Origin: Verrucomicrobiota bacterium
GTDB taxonomy: Bacteria; Verrucomicrobiota; Verrucomicrobiia; Limisphaerales; J093
Length of the DNA: 64,000 nucleotides
Assembly: GCA_040766265.1 (NCBI GenBank)
Contig: JAXGQW010000014.1
Span: 2,494 to 66,493, forward strand
Direction: 5' to 3'
The notes beneath the pieces are model-generated. The model was not told the origin of the DNA, searched no databases, and saw only the letters and a list, made by a program, of their open reading frames with translations. Made by a program: the position numbers and the translations under genes. This document shows, piece by piece, positions 1-10,234 of the stretch (positions are counted from its first letter, which is position 1; the number at the start of each line of letters is the position of its first letter).

Positions 1-1
1 C

Positions 2-184
2 GACTACCACGACCTCCTCAGCCGGAATTATGTCAACCAAGGGCTCTACGCCGATGCCCTCGCCGCCGCCCAGACCGCACATCGGCTCGCCCTGGCCGCC
101 GGACGCGCGCAACAGGCCGCCAAACTCGAACGGCGAATCGAGTTGTGCCGAAGTCGGTTGGCCGGGAACTCGAAGGACAAGTGA
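2..184 (+). CDS. 3' end of a CDS cut by the window edge; Ala/Leu-rich helical (TPR-like) C-terminus
   Basis: Frame is open from the window start to TGA at 182-184 (...YADALAAAQTAHRLALAAGRAQQAAKLERRIELCRSRLAGNSKDK*). No start codon is visible. Confidence 0.35.
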   Translation, partial: DYHDLLSRNYVNQGLYADALAAAQTAHRLALAAGRAQQAAKLERRIELCRSRLAGNSKDK

Positions 185-504
185 GGGGGCATGAGGGTTG
201 AAACCTCTTCGTGCTCTTCGTGTCCTTCGTGGTGGATGCCTCTTTTCCGTGCCCCCAGTTTTTGTTGCCCGTTTTTTACTTGCCCGCCCTTGCGATTTCT
301 TCAGAGTGTGCGCATGGCCATCCGCAAGGTTTTCAACACCCGTACGGTGTCGTGTGCCCAGTGCGCGAGGAGGGAGCTCGACGCATTCCGGCACAGCCTG
401 CGGAGGGCTCATTCACAGACCACAAGTGCGCCGTCCGGGCATCGACTCGGGACGGGCACGACAACGGAGTAACCCACAAGAACCAACACCATAGATACAC
501 GACC

Positions 505-3500
505 ATGAAAAGAACCACACTCATAGGCCTGGCCGCCTCGGTGTTCCTGTTCGCCGGCGCGATCCAGGCGCAAACCTTCACCGGGGTGGACCTCGGCACG
601 CCGAACTATCCCGGTTCGGTGACCGATGACGGCGGCGGTGTCAAAACCATCGTCGGCGGCGGCGCCGACATTTGGGGCACGGCCGACGCGGGGTATTACT
701 ACTACACGACCGTGACGGACCCTGTTTTCGACGCCATCGTGCATGTGCGCGACCTCGTCAACCCGGACGGCAATGACGACGGGTGGACCAAGTGCGAGTT
801 GATGGTCCGCGTGCCGGACTCGACCGGTCTTCCGCAAGCCAATGACCCGTTCATCGCCATGATGACGACGCGGTTGGCTGTGGCGAATGAGCAAAGCGAC
901 ACGGGGGTCAACATCGTCCGCCCCCAGTACCGCACCGCGCGCGCCGGCAACGCTGACCAGGACCCCTTCGGTCTCACCGTGCGGCCGGCTTACCCCGGCA
1001 CCTGGCTCCGCGTCCAACGCGTGGGCAGCGTCTTCTCGCTGTATTACGGCAGCGACGGAACCACTTGGACCAAGTACGGCGACCTCGACACTGCCAAGAC
1101 CGACGTGGTGGGGGCGGACAACGGGACTGTCTTTGGGGACCCCTGGCCGGAAACGGTCGTGGTGGGCATCGCCGTTACCGCCCATGACAACAACGACACG
1201 ACGGGCGGCATCGCCACCATCTCGAACTTGTCGGTGACCGCGACCCCAACGACCCCCAACCTGGCGATTCTCGAACAGCCTCAAGACGCTACGGCGGTCG
1301 AGGGGTCCGCAGCCTATTTTCACGTCGTCGCCACCAACCAGGCCATCGCCAACGGACTCGTGGGCGGCCTTCAGTGGTTCATGGACGGCAAGGAAATGCC
1401 TGGTGCCGTCGGCTCGCGGTTTGGCGTGATCATGGGGCAGAGTGACAACGGCAAGAAGGTCTATTGCAGGGCCTCGGTCAAGGGCGCTTCGCTCAACAGC
1501 AGCGAGGCGACCGTCACCGTCACGCCCGGGACCACCTACGCGGGTTATGCGAAGTGGGAGTGGTGGGATAATCAGACCCGGGCCAACATCGGAGCGGGCA
1601 ACAACAACCCGGCGGAGGCGATTATGACCGCGACCGGATTCGAGACCGTGACGGGCTTCTCGGACACCTATACCTCGCGCGTGAGCGCCTGGTTCTACCC
1701 GCCGGCCGATGGCAAGTATGTGTTCTTCATCGCCTCCGACGACGATGCGGATCTGTATCTGAGCACCGACGCCAGCCCGGCCAATAAACGACTGATCGCG
1801 CAGGAAGCCGGCTGGAGTGGGGCGCGAAGTTGGGTCGCCATCGGGGGAGCGCCCAGCACGGTCACCCAGAAACGATCCGATCAATGGTCCCCCGATGAGG
1901 GCATGACCACTCCGGGCGCCGAGGGCTACGACTTGGTCAAAGACACGCCGTATTACATCGAGGCCATTCACCATGAAGGCGGCGGCGGCGACAACCTCGC
2001 CGTCACCTACAAACTCATCGACGATCCCGATCCGGCGAACGGCGACGCGCCCCTACTGGTGGGGTCTGTGATCCGTTACATGACCTGGGCGGTGACCAAG
2101 CTCGATGTGGCCACCCAACCGGCGGATGCCACCGTGTTCGAGGAGCAACTCGCCCGGTTCGATGCCGCGTTCGACACGGACAGCGAGACACTGCCCGAGT
2201 TGCAGTGGCAGCGCCAAGCCCCCGGCGGCACCACGTGGGAAAACATCGGTGGCGTCATTCGGGCGACAGAGACGACCTACTCGTTCACGGCCCGACTCAC
2301 CGACAACGGCGCCAAGTTCAAATGCGTCGCCACCCTGCCCGGCCCGGCGATGACTGTGGAGACCGCCGAGGTGACCCTGACTGTCAACGAGGCCATGTTC
2401 ATCACGGGCCTCGTGAAACAGGAACTGTGGGGACCGGACACGGCGGACAACTACACGCGCGCGGCAGTCGAGGCGGGGACCGCGGGCGTACCCTGGAGCA
2501 CCAGCTACATCAACTCCTTCGCGACAACCGACTTCGCGGACTACTACGTCCAGCGCATGAGCTGTTTGTTCGTGCCGGAAGTCACGGGCCTCTACGTGTT
2601 CTTCATCTGCTCGGACGACGACAGCGATCTGTTCATCAGCACCGATGCCGACCCGGCGAACAAGTATCTGATCGCCCAGGAAACGGCGTGGAGCAATAAT
2701 CGCCAGTGGGTGACGAGCGGCGGCGGCTCGAACCTGGCCCAGAAGAGGTCCGATTCCTTCGTGGACCCCACCACCAGCGAGTCGCCAGGTGCCGCGGGCA
2801 TCTCGCTCGAGGCCGGCAAGAGATACTATCTCGAAGCCGTCCAGCATGAAGGCAGCGGTGGCGATAACCTCGCCGTGACCTACACAACCATGTATCCGAC
2901 CTATGAAGATGATCCCGTGGACGACACGTACACAAGGCTCACCGGCGAGCGCGTCGGTGTCTTGGTCCCCGCGCCGAAGAACCTCCAGATCACGGCCGAG
3001 CCGCAGGACTTTACGGCCCACGGTTGGGATCGGGCGATCTTCAGCGTCGATGCCACCGCGGAGGCCTTCTACCCGCCCACCTACCAGTGGCGGCGGAACG
3101 GCACTCCGATCCCGGGCGCTACCGCCAAGGTCTTCTCGCTGCTCACCAGTGCGAGCGATAACGGCGCCAAGTTCGATTGCGTCGTCTCGCTGGCCGGCTA
3201 TCCGACGACCGTTACGAGCCGCGAAGCCACCCTCACAGTGCTCGGCGATGCCGTTTTTGTCCCTGGCTCGCTCATGGAAGAGCGCTTCAACAATGCGAAT
3301 CGCGACGCTGTCAATATCGGCAACGTCGGCGCGCCCGACCAGGTGAACTACTGGACAAGCTTCGACGGACCGGTCGGGGTGGCGGACAACTTCTCACGGT
3401 CCGTGAGCGGCATCTTCATCCCGGCGGTGACCGGCGAGTACGTGTTCTGGACCTGCTCGGATGACGACAGTGACCTCTTCATCAGCACCAACGATCAGCC

Positions 3501-4002
3501 CAGCACCAGGCGGCTGTGCGCGCAGGAACAGAACTGGAGCGATCCGCGGCAGTGGCTCGCCGGATCGGCCACCATGAAGAGATCGGACACGTGGTCACCC
3601 GACGGCGGGACAACAATGCCCTACAGCGAAGGCATCCATCTCGAACAGGGCGTCCGGTACTTCATCCAGGGCGTGATGCATGAAGGCGGGGGCGGCGACA
3701 ACCACAGCGCCACCTTCAAGGTGGGGCTCGCGTCTCCCGACCCGGCCAACGGCGACGCGACCGCCTTCGTCTCGGGCGTCATCGGCCACATGGAAGCCCC
3801 GGTGGTCGAGCTCCCCGAGATCACGGACGTCAAAGCCAACTCTGACGGCACGCTCACCGTGACGTGGACCGGTGGCGGGACGCTCCAGTACACGACCTCT
3901 CTCACCCCGCCGGTGACCTGGACCGACGCGACCGGGGCGACCAGCCCGTTCACGTTTACGCCACCGACGAGCACGTTGTTCGGACGCATCACCAAGCCAT
4001 AG
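505..4002 (+). CDS. Large secreted protein: N-terminal lectin/LamG-like domain followed by three [Ig-like + PA14] modules and a short C-terminal domain
   Basis: ORF 211..4002. I place the start at ATG 505 because MKRTTLIGLAASVFLFAGAIQAQ is a signal peptide. The PA14 signature occurs three times (FF/FWxCSDDDSDLFxS ... HEGGGGDNLAVTY). Ig-like segments carry DNGAKFxC motifs. Confidence 0.85.
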   Translation: MKRTTLIGLAASVFLFAGAIQAQTFTGVDLGTPNYPGSVTDDGGGVKTIVGGGADIWGTADAGYYYYTTVTDPVFDAIVHVRDLVNPDGNDDGWTKCELMVRVPDSTGLPQANDPFIAMMTTRLAVANEQSDTGVNIVRPQYRTARAGNADQDPFGLTVRPAYPGTWLRVQRVGSVFSLYYGSDGTTWTKYGDLDTAKTDVVGADNGTVFGDPWPETVVVGIAVTAHDNNDTTGGIATISNLSVTATPTTPNLAILEQPQDATAVEGSAAYFHVVATNQAIANGLVGGLQWFMDGKEMPGAVGSRFGVIMGQSDNGKKVYCRASVKGASLNSSEATVTVTPGTTYAGYAKWEWWDNQTRANIGAGNNNPAEAIMTATGFETVTGFSDTYTSRVSAWFYPPADGKYVFFIASDDDADLYLSTDASPANKRLIAQEAGWSGARSWVAIGGAPSTVTQKRSDQWSPDEGMTTPGAEGYDLVKDTPYYIEAIHHEGGGGDNLAVTYKLIDDPDPANGDAPLLVGSVIRYMTWAVTKLDVATQPADATVFEEQLARFDAAFDTDSETLPELQWQRQAPGGTTWENIGGVIRATETTYSFTARLTDNGAKFKCVATLPGPAMTVETAEVTLTVNEAMFITGLVKQELWGPDTADNYTRAAVEAGTAGVPWSTSYINSFATTDFADYYVQRMSCLFVPEVTGLYVFFICSDDDSDLFISTDADPANKYLIAQETAWSNNRQWVTSGGGSNLAQKRSDSFVDPTTSESPGAAGISLEAGKRYYLEAVQHEGSGGDNLAVTYTTMYPTYEDDPVDDTYTRLTGERVGVLVPAPKNLQITAEPQDFTAHGWDRAIFSVDATAEAFYPPTYQWRRNGTPIPGATAKVFSLLTSASDNGAKFDCVVSLAGYPTTVTSREATLTVLGDAVFVPGSLMEERFNNANRDAVNIGNVGAPDQVNYWTSFDGPVGVADNFSRSVSGIFIPAVTGEYVFWTCSDDDSDLFISTNDQPSTRRLCAQEQNWSDPRQWLAGSATMKRSDTWSPDGGTTMPYSEGIHLEQGVRYFIQGVMHEGGGGDNHSATFKVGLASPDPANGDATAFVSGVIGHMEAPVVELPEITDVKANSDGTLTVTWTGGGTLQYTTSLTPPVTWTDATGATSPFTFTPPTSTLFGRITKP

Positions 4003-4023
4003 AAGCGTCCCCTCCGTTCACGA

Positions 4024-4052
4024 GAGGCCGGGATCACCCGGCCTCTTTTTTT
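4024..4052 (+). terminator. Rho-independent terminator after the PA14 gene
   Basis: GAGGCCGGG-atca-CCCGGCCTC stem followed by TTTTTTT, about 20 nt after the stop codon at 4000-4002. Confidence 0.8.
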
Positions 4053-4097
4053 GTGCGAGCGTCCTCTCTCGGAGGGACGAGCTCCGCGAGTCCCTGG

Positions 4098-4492
4098 CTT
4101 GAGACAATCGCTGTCATCGATCAGGGCCTCTCCCGCAGCCGCGCATTCGCGTCGACCTAAGCAACGCTCCTGAGTGGTTCCTGGGAGCAGCACCGTCGAG
4201 GTTTTCGAAGTCCTTGGGCCGGTGTTTGTTGTGGCAGTCGCCTCTGCTCAGTTCGGCTCCGAGGTCGCGAAGTCCCGCATTGCGGGAGAGTGCGGCGGTT
4301 GACCGCCGCTTTCCGAGAGCGGTCTCCCGTGTGTTCCCATTCCAAAGCGGTGCTGAAGCACACGCACTCTCCCGCGGCCGCGGGACTTTGCGCGACCGAA
4401 CACGCTCGTGCCCAGGCAGCTTCCGTGCAAGCTCCGCATCTCAGCCGGCCTTGGGTTTACGCGTGCGTGCGACCGCGGGATCGGCCCTCCGA
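4098..4492 (+). repeat. Structured ~300-nt intergenic repeat, copy A
   Basis: Homologous to 5621-6030 and 11414-11704. Shared core: GTCGCGAAG..GAGTGCGGCGGTTxACCGCCGCTTT..CAAAGCGGTGCTGAAGCACACGCACTC..ACCGAACACGCTCGTGCCC..CAGCTTCCGTGCAAG.TCCGCATCT. The ends are degenerate inverted repeats (GCGCATTCGCGTCGACC / GGGTTTACGCGTGCGTGC). Confidence 0.8.
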
Positions 4493-4612
4493 ATCCGGTC
4501 CTTCGAGAACGGTTCACGTTCACCGCGCAGTTCGCGAATGAACAGGCCGCCGTGCCACCCCCCTTCGGAGCATTGACGGACGCGGCGCGTCTCGTATGGT
4601 CATCCCAATCTT

Positions 4613-5542
4613 ATGAATTCCATGCTTCTTGCGATTCGCCGTTCCGCTGTGTTTGGCCTGATCATCGTCCCCTGGCTGGCTGTTGTCGCCGCGGCCAACG
4701 CCGCCCAAGACGGCGTGACGGCGCCCGACGCCAAAGTCGAGCGTTTGGCCGGCGACTTCAAGTTCACCGAGGGGCCAACGGCCGACGCCGCAGGCAACGT
4801 GTTCTTCACGGACCAACCCAACGACCGCATCCTCAAGTGGAGCGTCGACGGCAAATTGTCGGTGTCCATGCAGCCCGCCGGTCGGGCCAACGGCATGTGC
4901 TTCGATGCGCAAGGGCAGTTGATCGCCTGTGCGGACGAGAACAACGAACTCTGGTCCATCAGCCCGGACGGCAAGAAGACCGTGTTGCTGAAGGAATTCG
5001 AAGGGAAGCGGCTGAACGGCCCGAACGACGTCTGGGTGCGTCCTGGCGGCGGCCTCTACTTCACGGATCCGTTCTACAAGCGCCCGTGGTGGCAGCACAC
5101 CCAAATGCCCCAGGACGGCCAGCACGTCTATTACCTGGCCCCCGACGGCAAGACACTGAGCCGCGTGGCCGACGACCTGAAGACGCCCAACGGCATTGTC
5201 GGCACGCCCGACGGCAAATCGCTGTTCGTCGCCGATCTCGGCGCGGGAAAGACCTATCAATTCGACATCCAGGCTGACGGGCGGCTCGCGAACAAACGGT
5301 TGTTCTGTGAGTTGGGATCTGACGGCATGACCCTCGACAGCGAAGGGAATCTCTATCTCACCGGCAAAGGCGTTTCCGTGTTTGACCGCACGGGCAGGAA
5401 GATCGAGCAGATCGATGTGCCTGAGCCCTGGACTGCCAACGTCTGCTTCGGCGGGGCGGATCGCCGGACGCTGTTCATCACCGCGAGCAAGGGCCTCTAC
5501 GCGATCCGCACCCGCGTCGCGGGCACCAGGCAGGGGAAATAG
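4613..5542 (+). CDS. SMP-30/gluconolactonase/LRE-family beta-propeller protein, exported
   Basis: 309-aa ORF with an N-terminal signal/TM segment. Family-typical motifs: FTEGPTADAAGNVFFTDQPNDRI, LNGPNDVWVRPGGGLYFTDP, PNGIVGTPDGKSLFVAD. Confidence 0.85.
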   Translation: MNSMLLAIRRSAVFGLIIVPWLAVVAAANAAQDGVTAPDAKVERLAGDFKFTEGPTADAAGNVFFTDQPNDRILKWSVDGKLSVSMQPAGRANGMCFDAQGQLIACADENNELWSISPDGKKTVLLKEFEGKRLNGPNDVWVRPGGGLYFTDPFYKRPWWQHTQMPQDGQHVYYLAPDGKTLSRVADDLKTPNGIVGTPDGKSLFVADLGAGKTYQFDIQADGRLANKRLFCELGSDGMTLDSEGNLYLTGKGVSVFDRTGRKIEQIDVPEPWTANVCFGGADRRTLFITASKGLYAIRTRVAGTRQGK

Positions 5543-5620
5543 CGGGGGAAAGGGCGCTGACGAGACTGCCCCCAGGCCAAACGGATACTTCTTAGCGCGG
5601 CAAAGCCGCAACCAAACGTC

Positions 5621-6030
5621 GGAGGGCCGATCGCGCAGTCGCGCATACGCGTCAACCCAATGAGATCTCCCGCGCTGTTCCTGGGAGTAGTGCCCTCGTG
5701 GTTGTCTAAGTCATTGGGCTGGAGTTTGCTGTGGCAGTCGCCCATACTCTGGTCGGCGTCGAGGTCGCGAAGCGTGTGGAGTGCGGCGATTTACCGCCGC
5801 TTTTCGAGGACGGTTCTCTGTGCATTCCCATACCAAAGCGGTGCTGAAGCACACGCACTCCAAGCGCTCCGCGCTACCGAACACGATCGTGCCCGGGCAG
5901 CTTCCGTGCAAGGTCCGCATCTTAGCCCGCCTCAGGTTGACGCGTATGCGCAGTCGCGGGAGAGGCCCCGTCTCCAGACAATGACCGTCACCGACCAGGG
6001 CCTCTCCCGCGACTGCGGGTTCGGCCCTCC
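5621..6030 (+). repeat. Structured ~300-nt intergenic repeat, copy B (most complete, with nested terminal inverted repeats)
   Basis: Inner TIR is GCGCATACGCGTCAACC (5641-5657) / GGTTGACGCGTATGCGC (5935-5951). Outer inverted pair is GGAGGGCCGA (5621) / TCGGCCCTCC (to 6030). The core is the same as in copies A and C. Confidence 0.85.
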
Positions 6031-6280
6031 GAGATTCGTCGCCGGCTGCGCAGACTTCGGGCGATTGCACGACCGCGAGGCGAAGCAGCCAGATTGAGCC
6101 ACAACGGACGGCCTTTGCGGCATGAGACTTCTTTCAAAAAGAAAAGAAACTGCCAGAGAGTGGTACAAGGCTCGCGGTGTTAGACGTCCGGTCCGCGGAC
6201 GCGGACAGCCTGCGACGCATCCGTTCATCACAGGCGCACCTCGCGTTTTTCGCCCTTTGCGCACCGTTGGCGGGTTGCCT

Positions 6281-7171
6281 ATGCTCGGCCCGGTGTTGTT
6301 CGAGAAAGTCACGTTGGTTGGCGTCGGTCTGCTGGGCGGATCGCTCGGTCTCGCCCTGCGCCGTCGTCGGCTGGCCGCGGTCGTCACGGGCTGCGTGCGC
6401 AGGGCGGTCGGCATCAACGAATGCATCGAGGTCGGGGCGGTGGACGAGGCGACTCTCGATCTCGAAGCCGCGGTGCGCGGTGCCGATCTGGTCGTTCTCT
6501 GCACTCCCATCGGTCAGATGGCCCAACTCGCGGCGCGCTTCGGACCCGCTTTGAAACCCGGCGCATTGGTCACCGATGTCGGAAGCGTCAAAGGCAGCGT
6601 TGTGCGGGAGGTCGAACCGCTGGTTGCGTCCGCTGGGGGTCTGTTCCTTGGCAGCCACCCGATGGCCGGCGCGGAAAAGACGGGGGTTCGCGCCGCTCGA
6701 GCCGATCTCTACGAAGGCGCGGTGTGTGTCATCACGCCCACGGCGCATTCCGACAACGGGGCGCGCGAGAGAATCGAGGCGTTTTGGAAGGCGCTGGGTT
6801 CCCGCATCCTGGTGTTGTCGCCGGAGCAGCACGACGATCTCGTCAGCCGATCGAGTCACCTCGTGCAGGTGGTCGCCGCGCAGTTGGTCAACTATGTCCT
6901 CGGACCTGACCGTCCTCCCGAGCAGCGGCTGCTCTGCGCGGGTGGTTTTCGCGACGCCACCCGGATCGCCTCCGGCTCGCCCGAGATGTGGCGGGACATC
7001 GCCCTCGCCAATCGCAGGAGCCTCGCCCGTGCCCTGGATGAGTTGGCGGTCGAGTTGCACGCCGCGCGCCGGCTCATCGAGGACGGCAACCAGGAGGCCT
7101 TGGCCAGTTTCTTCGCCCGAGCCAAGCAGCGTCGCGACGCCTGGATCGGCTCGAACACCTCGCCTGAATAA
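6281..7171 (+). CDS. tyrA: Prephenate/arogenate dehydrogenase
   Basis: ORF 6122..7171. I place the start at ATG 6281 (MLGPVLFEKVTLVGVGLLGGSLG, a Rossmann GxGxxG). Also has HPMAGAEKTG and FRDATRIA motifs. The stop overlaps the aroA start (TAATG). Confidence 0.85.
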   Translation: MLGPVLFEKVTLVGVGLLGGSLGLALRRRRLAAVVTGCVRRAVGINECIEVGAVDEATLDLEAAVRGADLVVLCTPIGQMAQLAARFGPALKPGALVTDVGSVKGSVVREVEPLVASAGGLFLGSHPMAGAEKTGVRAARADLYEGAVCVITPTAHSDNGARERIEAFWKALGSRILVLSPEQHDDLVSRSSHLVQVVAAQLVNYVLGPDRPPEQRLLCAGGFRDATRIASGSPEMWRDIALANRRSLARALDELAVELHAARRLIEDGNQEALASFFARAKQRRDAWIGSNTSPE

Positions 7172-8454
7172 TGCCATTGCCCGACCTCATCGCCATTGAG
7201 CCTCTGACCGGACGCGTGCGCGCGGAGGTGACGGTCCCGGGCTCGAAGAGCGTCACCAATCGCGCCCTGGTGCTCGCCGCGTTGGCGTCCGGGACGACGA
7301 CGCTGCGCGGGGCTCTCTGGAGTGAAGACACCCAGCTCATGGCCGAGGCCCTGCGGCGGCTCGGCTTCGCCGTCGAAGTCGCGCCGGATCCGGACGAATC
7401 GAGCAATCGCACAATCGTCATCGAAGGCCGCGGCGGCGTGGTGCCGTCGGGCGGTTCGGTGGCGCAACCGCTCGATCTGGATGTGGGCAACGCAGGCACC
7501 GCCGCCCGGTTCCTGGCCGCGCTCGTCTGTCTCGGAGCGGGAGTCTACCGGCTCGAAGGCTCGCCGCGAATGCACGAGCGACCGCAGGCCGACCTCTTCG
7601 CCGCTCTGCGGGAACTCGGCTATCGCATCGACGCCCCCAATGACCGTCTGCCGGCCCGGATCCATGGCGGCGGGACGCGCCCGGGATCCTGCCGGGTGCG
7701 GATTGATCAGAGTTCGCAGTTCGCCTCGGCCCTGCTCCTGAGCGCGCGCGCCGGCGGATGGACCGTGCTGGTCGAGGATGAAAGCGCCGAGGAAGCGCCC
7801 TATGTCCGCATGACCAGGGAACTCGTCAGCCTGTTCCCCCCGTGCGGCGGCGAATGCGCCATCGAGGCCGACGCTTCGAGCGGGAGCTATTTCTGGGCGG
7901 TCAATGCGTTGGGCGCTGATCAACACACCCAGACCCATCGCGTCCGCGTCGCCCGGTGGCCGGCCTCCGGATGGCAGATCGATGAACGCTTTCCGCGCTG
8001 CATTCCCTTGCCTCTCCGACTGTCCCGCCAGAGCGACCTGGGCGACAGCATCATGACCGCGATCGTCCTCGGACCGCTCGCACCGCATCCGACGGCTTTC
8101 ACCCATTTGGGCCGGCTCCGGGTCCAGGAATGTGAGCGGGTGCGCGCCCTGCGCGCGGAGTTGGAGCGCTGCGGCGCGGCCATCGAGGAAGAGGGCGACA
8201 CCCTGCGCATCCTGCCGTCCGCCCTCCACGGCGCCGACATCGAAACCTACGGCGACCACCGCATGGCGATGTGCTTCGGGATTCTGGGATTGAAAGTCCC
8301 CGGGATCAGAATCAAGAATCCGGCCTGCGTGAAGAAGACATTCCCGGATTTTTTTCTGAAGCTGGCGGCCCTCCCGCCGAAGGGCCTCGGGGCAACAGTC
8401 CGGGATGCGCGCACGGGGTGTGTTCTGTCGCCCGGAGAGTCGATGGCTGAGTGA
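7171..8454 (+). CDS. aroA: 3-phosphoshikimate 1-carboxyvinyltransferase (EPSP synthase)
   Basis: 427 aa. Motifs: VTVPGSKSVTNRALVLAAL, LDVGNAGTAARFL, YGDHRMAMCFGILGL. Confidence 0.95.
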   Translation: MPLPDLIAIEPLTGRVRAEVTVPGSKSVTNRALVLAALASGTTTLRGALWSEDTQLMAEALRRLGFAVEVAPDPDESSNRTIVIEGRGGVVPSGGSVAQPLDLDVGNAGTAARFLAALVCLGAGVYRLEGSPRMHERPQADLFAALRELGYRIDAPNDRLPARIHGGGTRPGSCRVRIDQSSQFASALLLSARAGGWTVLVEDESAEEAPYVRMTRELVSLFPPCGGECAIEADASSGSYFWAVNALGADQHTQTHRVRVARWPASGWQIDERFPRCIPLPLRLSRQSDLGDSIMTAIVLGPLAPHPTAFTHLGRLRVQECERVRALRAELERCGAAIEEEGDTLRILPSALHGADIETYGDHRMAMCFGILGLKVPGIRIKNPACVKKTFPDFFLKLAALPPKGLGATVRDARTGCVLSPGESMAE

Positions 8455-9167
8455 GGATTGAAACTGTTCCCGTGAAGGCCCCTGCATCGCCGATTGTTAT
8501 TGCGATTGATGGCACCAGCGCCAGCGGCAAGAGCACCAACGCCAGACTGGTCGCCAAGGCCCTGAACTTCGTGTACGTCGATACCGGGGCCATGTATCGC
8601 ACGCTCGCCTGGTACTGCCTCAAGAAGCGGGTGGACATCCACGACGCCAAAGCCGTCGCCGACCTCTGCCGACGCTGGAAGACCAAGCTGATCTGCAGCG
8701 ATGGCCAGGCGCGCCTCCTGGTCGACGGGTATTACCCCGAGAGCGAGATCCGAACCACCGAGACCAGCGCCGCCGTCCCTCACGTCGCCGCCGTTCCCAA
8801 AGTGCGCGCCTGGATGAAGCGCACCCAGCGCGCCTGTCTCCAGTTCGGCAGCCTCGTCATGGAAGGCCGCGACATCGGCACGAACGTCTTTCCCGAAACC
8901 GACTACAAGTTCTACCTCGATGCCTCGTTGGAGGAGCGGACGCGCCGCCGGGTGGCCGACGGGGTGCGTGAGAACCTGGCTGCCCGGGATGAGCGTGACA
9001 GCCAGCGCGCCGCCGCGCCGCTCATGATTCCGCTGGGCGCGGTGATCGTGAACAACTCGGGCCAGACGCCCGAGGAAACCAGCGCTTTTATCCTGGCCGA
9101 AATCCGCCGGCGCCAACAGGCGCGGCGCGACCGGCTTGGCCCTCGCTTGAATGCCGAGGCGACGTAA
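8451..9167 (+). CDS. cmk: Cytidylate kinase
   Basis: GTG start overlapping the aroA stop. Motifs: IAIDGTSASGKSTNARLVA (P-loop), YVDTGAMYR, MEGRDIGT. Confidence 0.9.
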   Translation: MRIETVPVKAPASPIVIAIDGTSASGKSTNARLVAKALNFVYVDTGAMYRTLAWYCLKKRVDIHDAKAVADLCRRWKTKLICSDGQARLLVDGYYPESEIRTTETSAAVPHVAAVPKVRAWMKRTQRACLQFGSLVMEGRDIGTNVFPETDYKFYLDASLEERTRRRVADGVRENLAARDERDSQRAAAPLMIPLGAVIVNNSGQTPEETSAFILAEIRRRQQARRDRLGPRLNAEAT

Positions 9168-9218
9168 ACCAGGCCCCGTTCAGCGCCGAGCCGACTCGAG
9201 CCCGCATTCGAGTATGCG

Positions 9219-9872
9219 ATGAACCTGACCTACTACCTGGGGTGGCGCCTGGCCCAATTGGGTTCAAAGACCTACTTCCGCGGACGCGCCTATCATGCCG
9301 AAAGGGTGCCAGCCCAGGGACCGGTCATTCTCGCCGCCAACCACGCCTCGTATGTCGACCCCCTCCTCATCGGGGCGCCCCTCGCGCGCGACATCCATTA
9401 CCTGGCCCGAGCCTCTTTGTTCCGACATCCCTTCGCCAATTGGCTGCTCCGTTCCGTCAATACGGTCCCCGTCGAACGCGACAGCGGCGGCGGCGCCGGC
9501 CTCAAGGCCATCTTCGAGCGATTGCGGGCCGGGGCGGGGATTTTGCTCTTTCCGGAAGGGACCCGCACCCGCAACGGACGCCTTCAGCCGGCCCGCTCCG
9601 GGATCGGCCTGGTGGTGATCAAATCCGATTGTCCCGTCGTGCCGGTCCGTGTCTTTGGCAGCTTCGAGGCCTACGGGCGCCACATGCGGTTCCCCCTGCC
9701 CAAGCCGGTCGTTGTGAAGTTTGGATTAGCGCTCGATTTCGTTGCGCTGCGGACGGAGGCCCGGACCTGTTCCAAGGAACGACTCAAGGCCATCTACCAG
9801 AAGGTGGCGGACGAAATCATGGAAGCGATCGCCCGGCTCGAACCCTGCGCCGACCGCACGCAGTTCCCTTGA
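9219..9872 (+). CDS. plsC: 1-acyl-sn-glycerol-3-phosphate acyltransferase
   Basis: 217 aa. Has the acyltransferase motifs NHASYVDP (HX4D) and FPEGTRTRNG. Confidence 0.85.
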   Translation: MNLTYYLGWRLAQLGSKTYFRGRAYHAERVPAQGPVILAANHASYVDPLLIGAPLARDIHYLARASLFRHPFANWLLRSVNTVPVERDSGGGAGLKAIFERLRAGAGILLFPEGTRTRNGRLQPARSGIGLVVIKSDCPVVPVRVFGSFEAYGRHMRFPLPKPVVVKFGLALDFVALRTEARTCSKERLKAIYQKVADEIMEAIARLEPCADRTQFP

Positions 9873-9960
9873 AGCGCCCCTCCGACACCGATTCATGGGC
9901 GCAATTCGGTCTCGAATGAAAACCAACAAGCGAACAGGCGCTGCTTTTACTCTCAACGGG

Positions 9961-10197
9961 CTAGCCTGCATTTCTCACCACTTTTTGCCACCGCGAAGCC
10001 GGAGTTCACAAGAGAAGTCAGCATGCAGGCTAGGAAAGCAAAACCGCGCCCGAGTGGAGGGATGGAACCGGGCAACAGAGTTTCGCCGCACCCGCGAGGT
10101 TTCGGAAGCGCTCCAAACCTCGTTCTTCCCTGTGCGGGCGCGGTTTTGCCACAGCCCGGATTTCAGATGACTCCTTCAAATGGTGAGAAATCCGGGC
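9961..10197. repeat. REP/BIME-like hairpin array (modules R1-variant, R2a, R3)
   Basis: Three consecutive hairpins: CTAGCCTGCAT...ATGCAGGCTAG (9961-10033); GCAAAACCGCGCCCG...CGGGCGCGGTTTTGC (10037-10149); GCCCGGATTTC...GAAATCCGGGC (10153-10197). Confidence 0.8.
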
Positions 10198-10234
10198 CAG
10201 AGTCCGCATTGGCGCCATGCCTTCAGGCCGTGGA

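Noticed and set aside
409-1974. Long ORFs antisense to clearly assigned genes. Examples: 409..1974(-), 6134..7177(-), 6892..8487(-), 21081..23621(-), 52629..53939(-), 58657..59595(-), 60719..61726(+), 61817..62830(+).
   Set aside because: They mirror well-supported genes on the opposite strand. Their composition is Arg/Gly/Pro/Ala-rich and low-complexity. Stop-poor antisense frames are expected in DNA this GC-rich.
4214-6097. ORFs of 60-145 aa inside the structured repeats (4214..4576, 4248..4523, 5660..6097, 5711..6070, 11432..11818 and others).
   Set aside because: They lie wholly within multi-copy hairpin repeats and exist on both strands. Their conservation is at nucleotide and structure level, not codon-wise.
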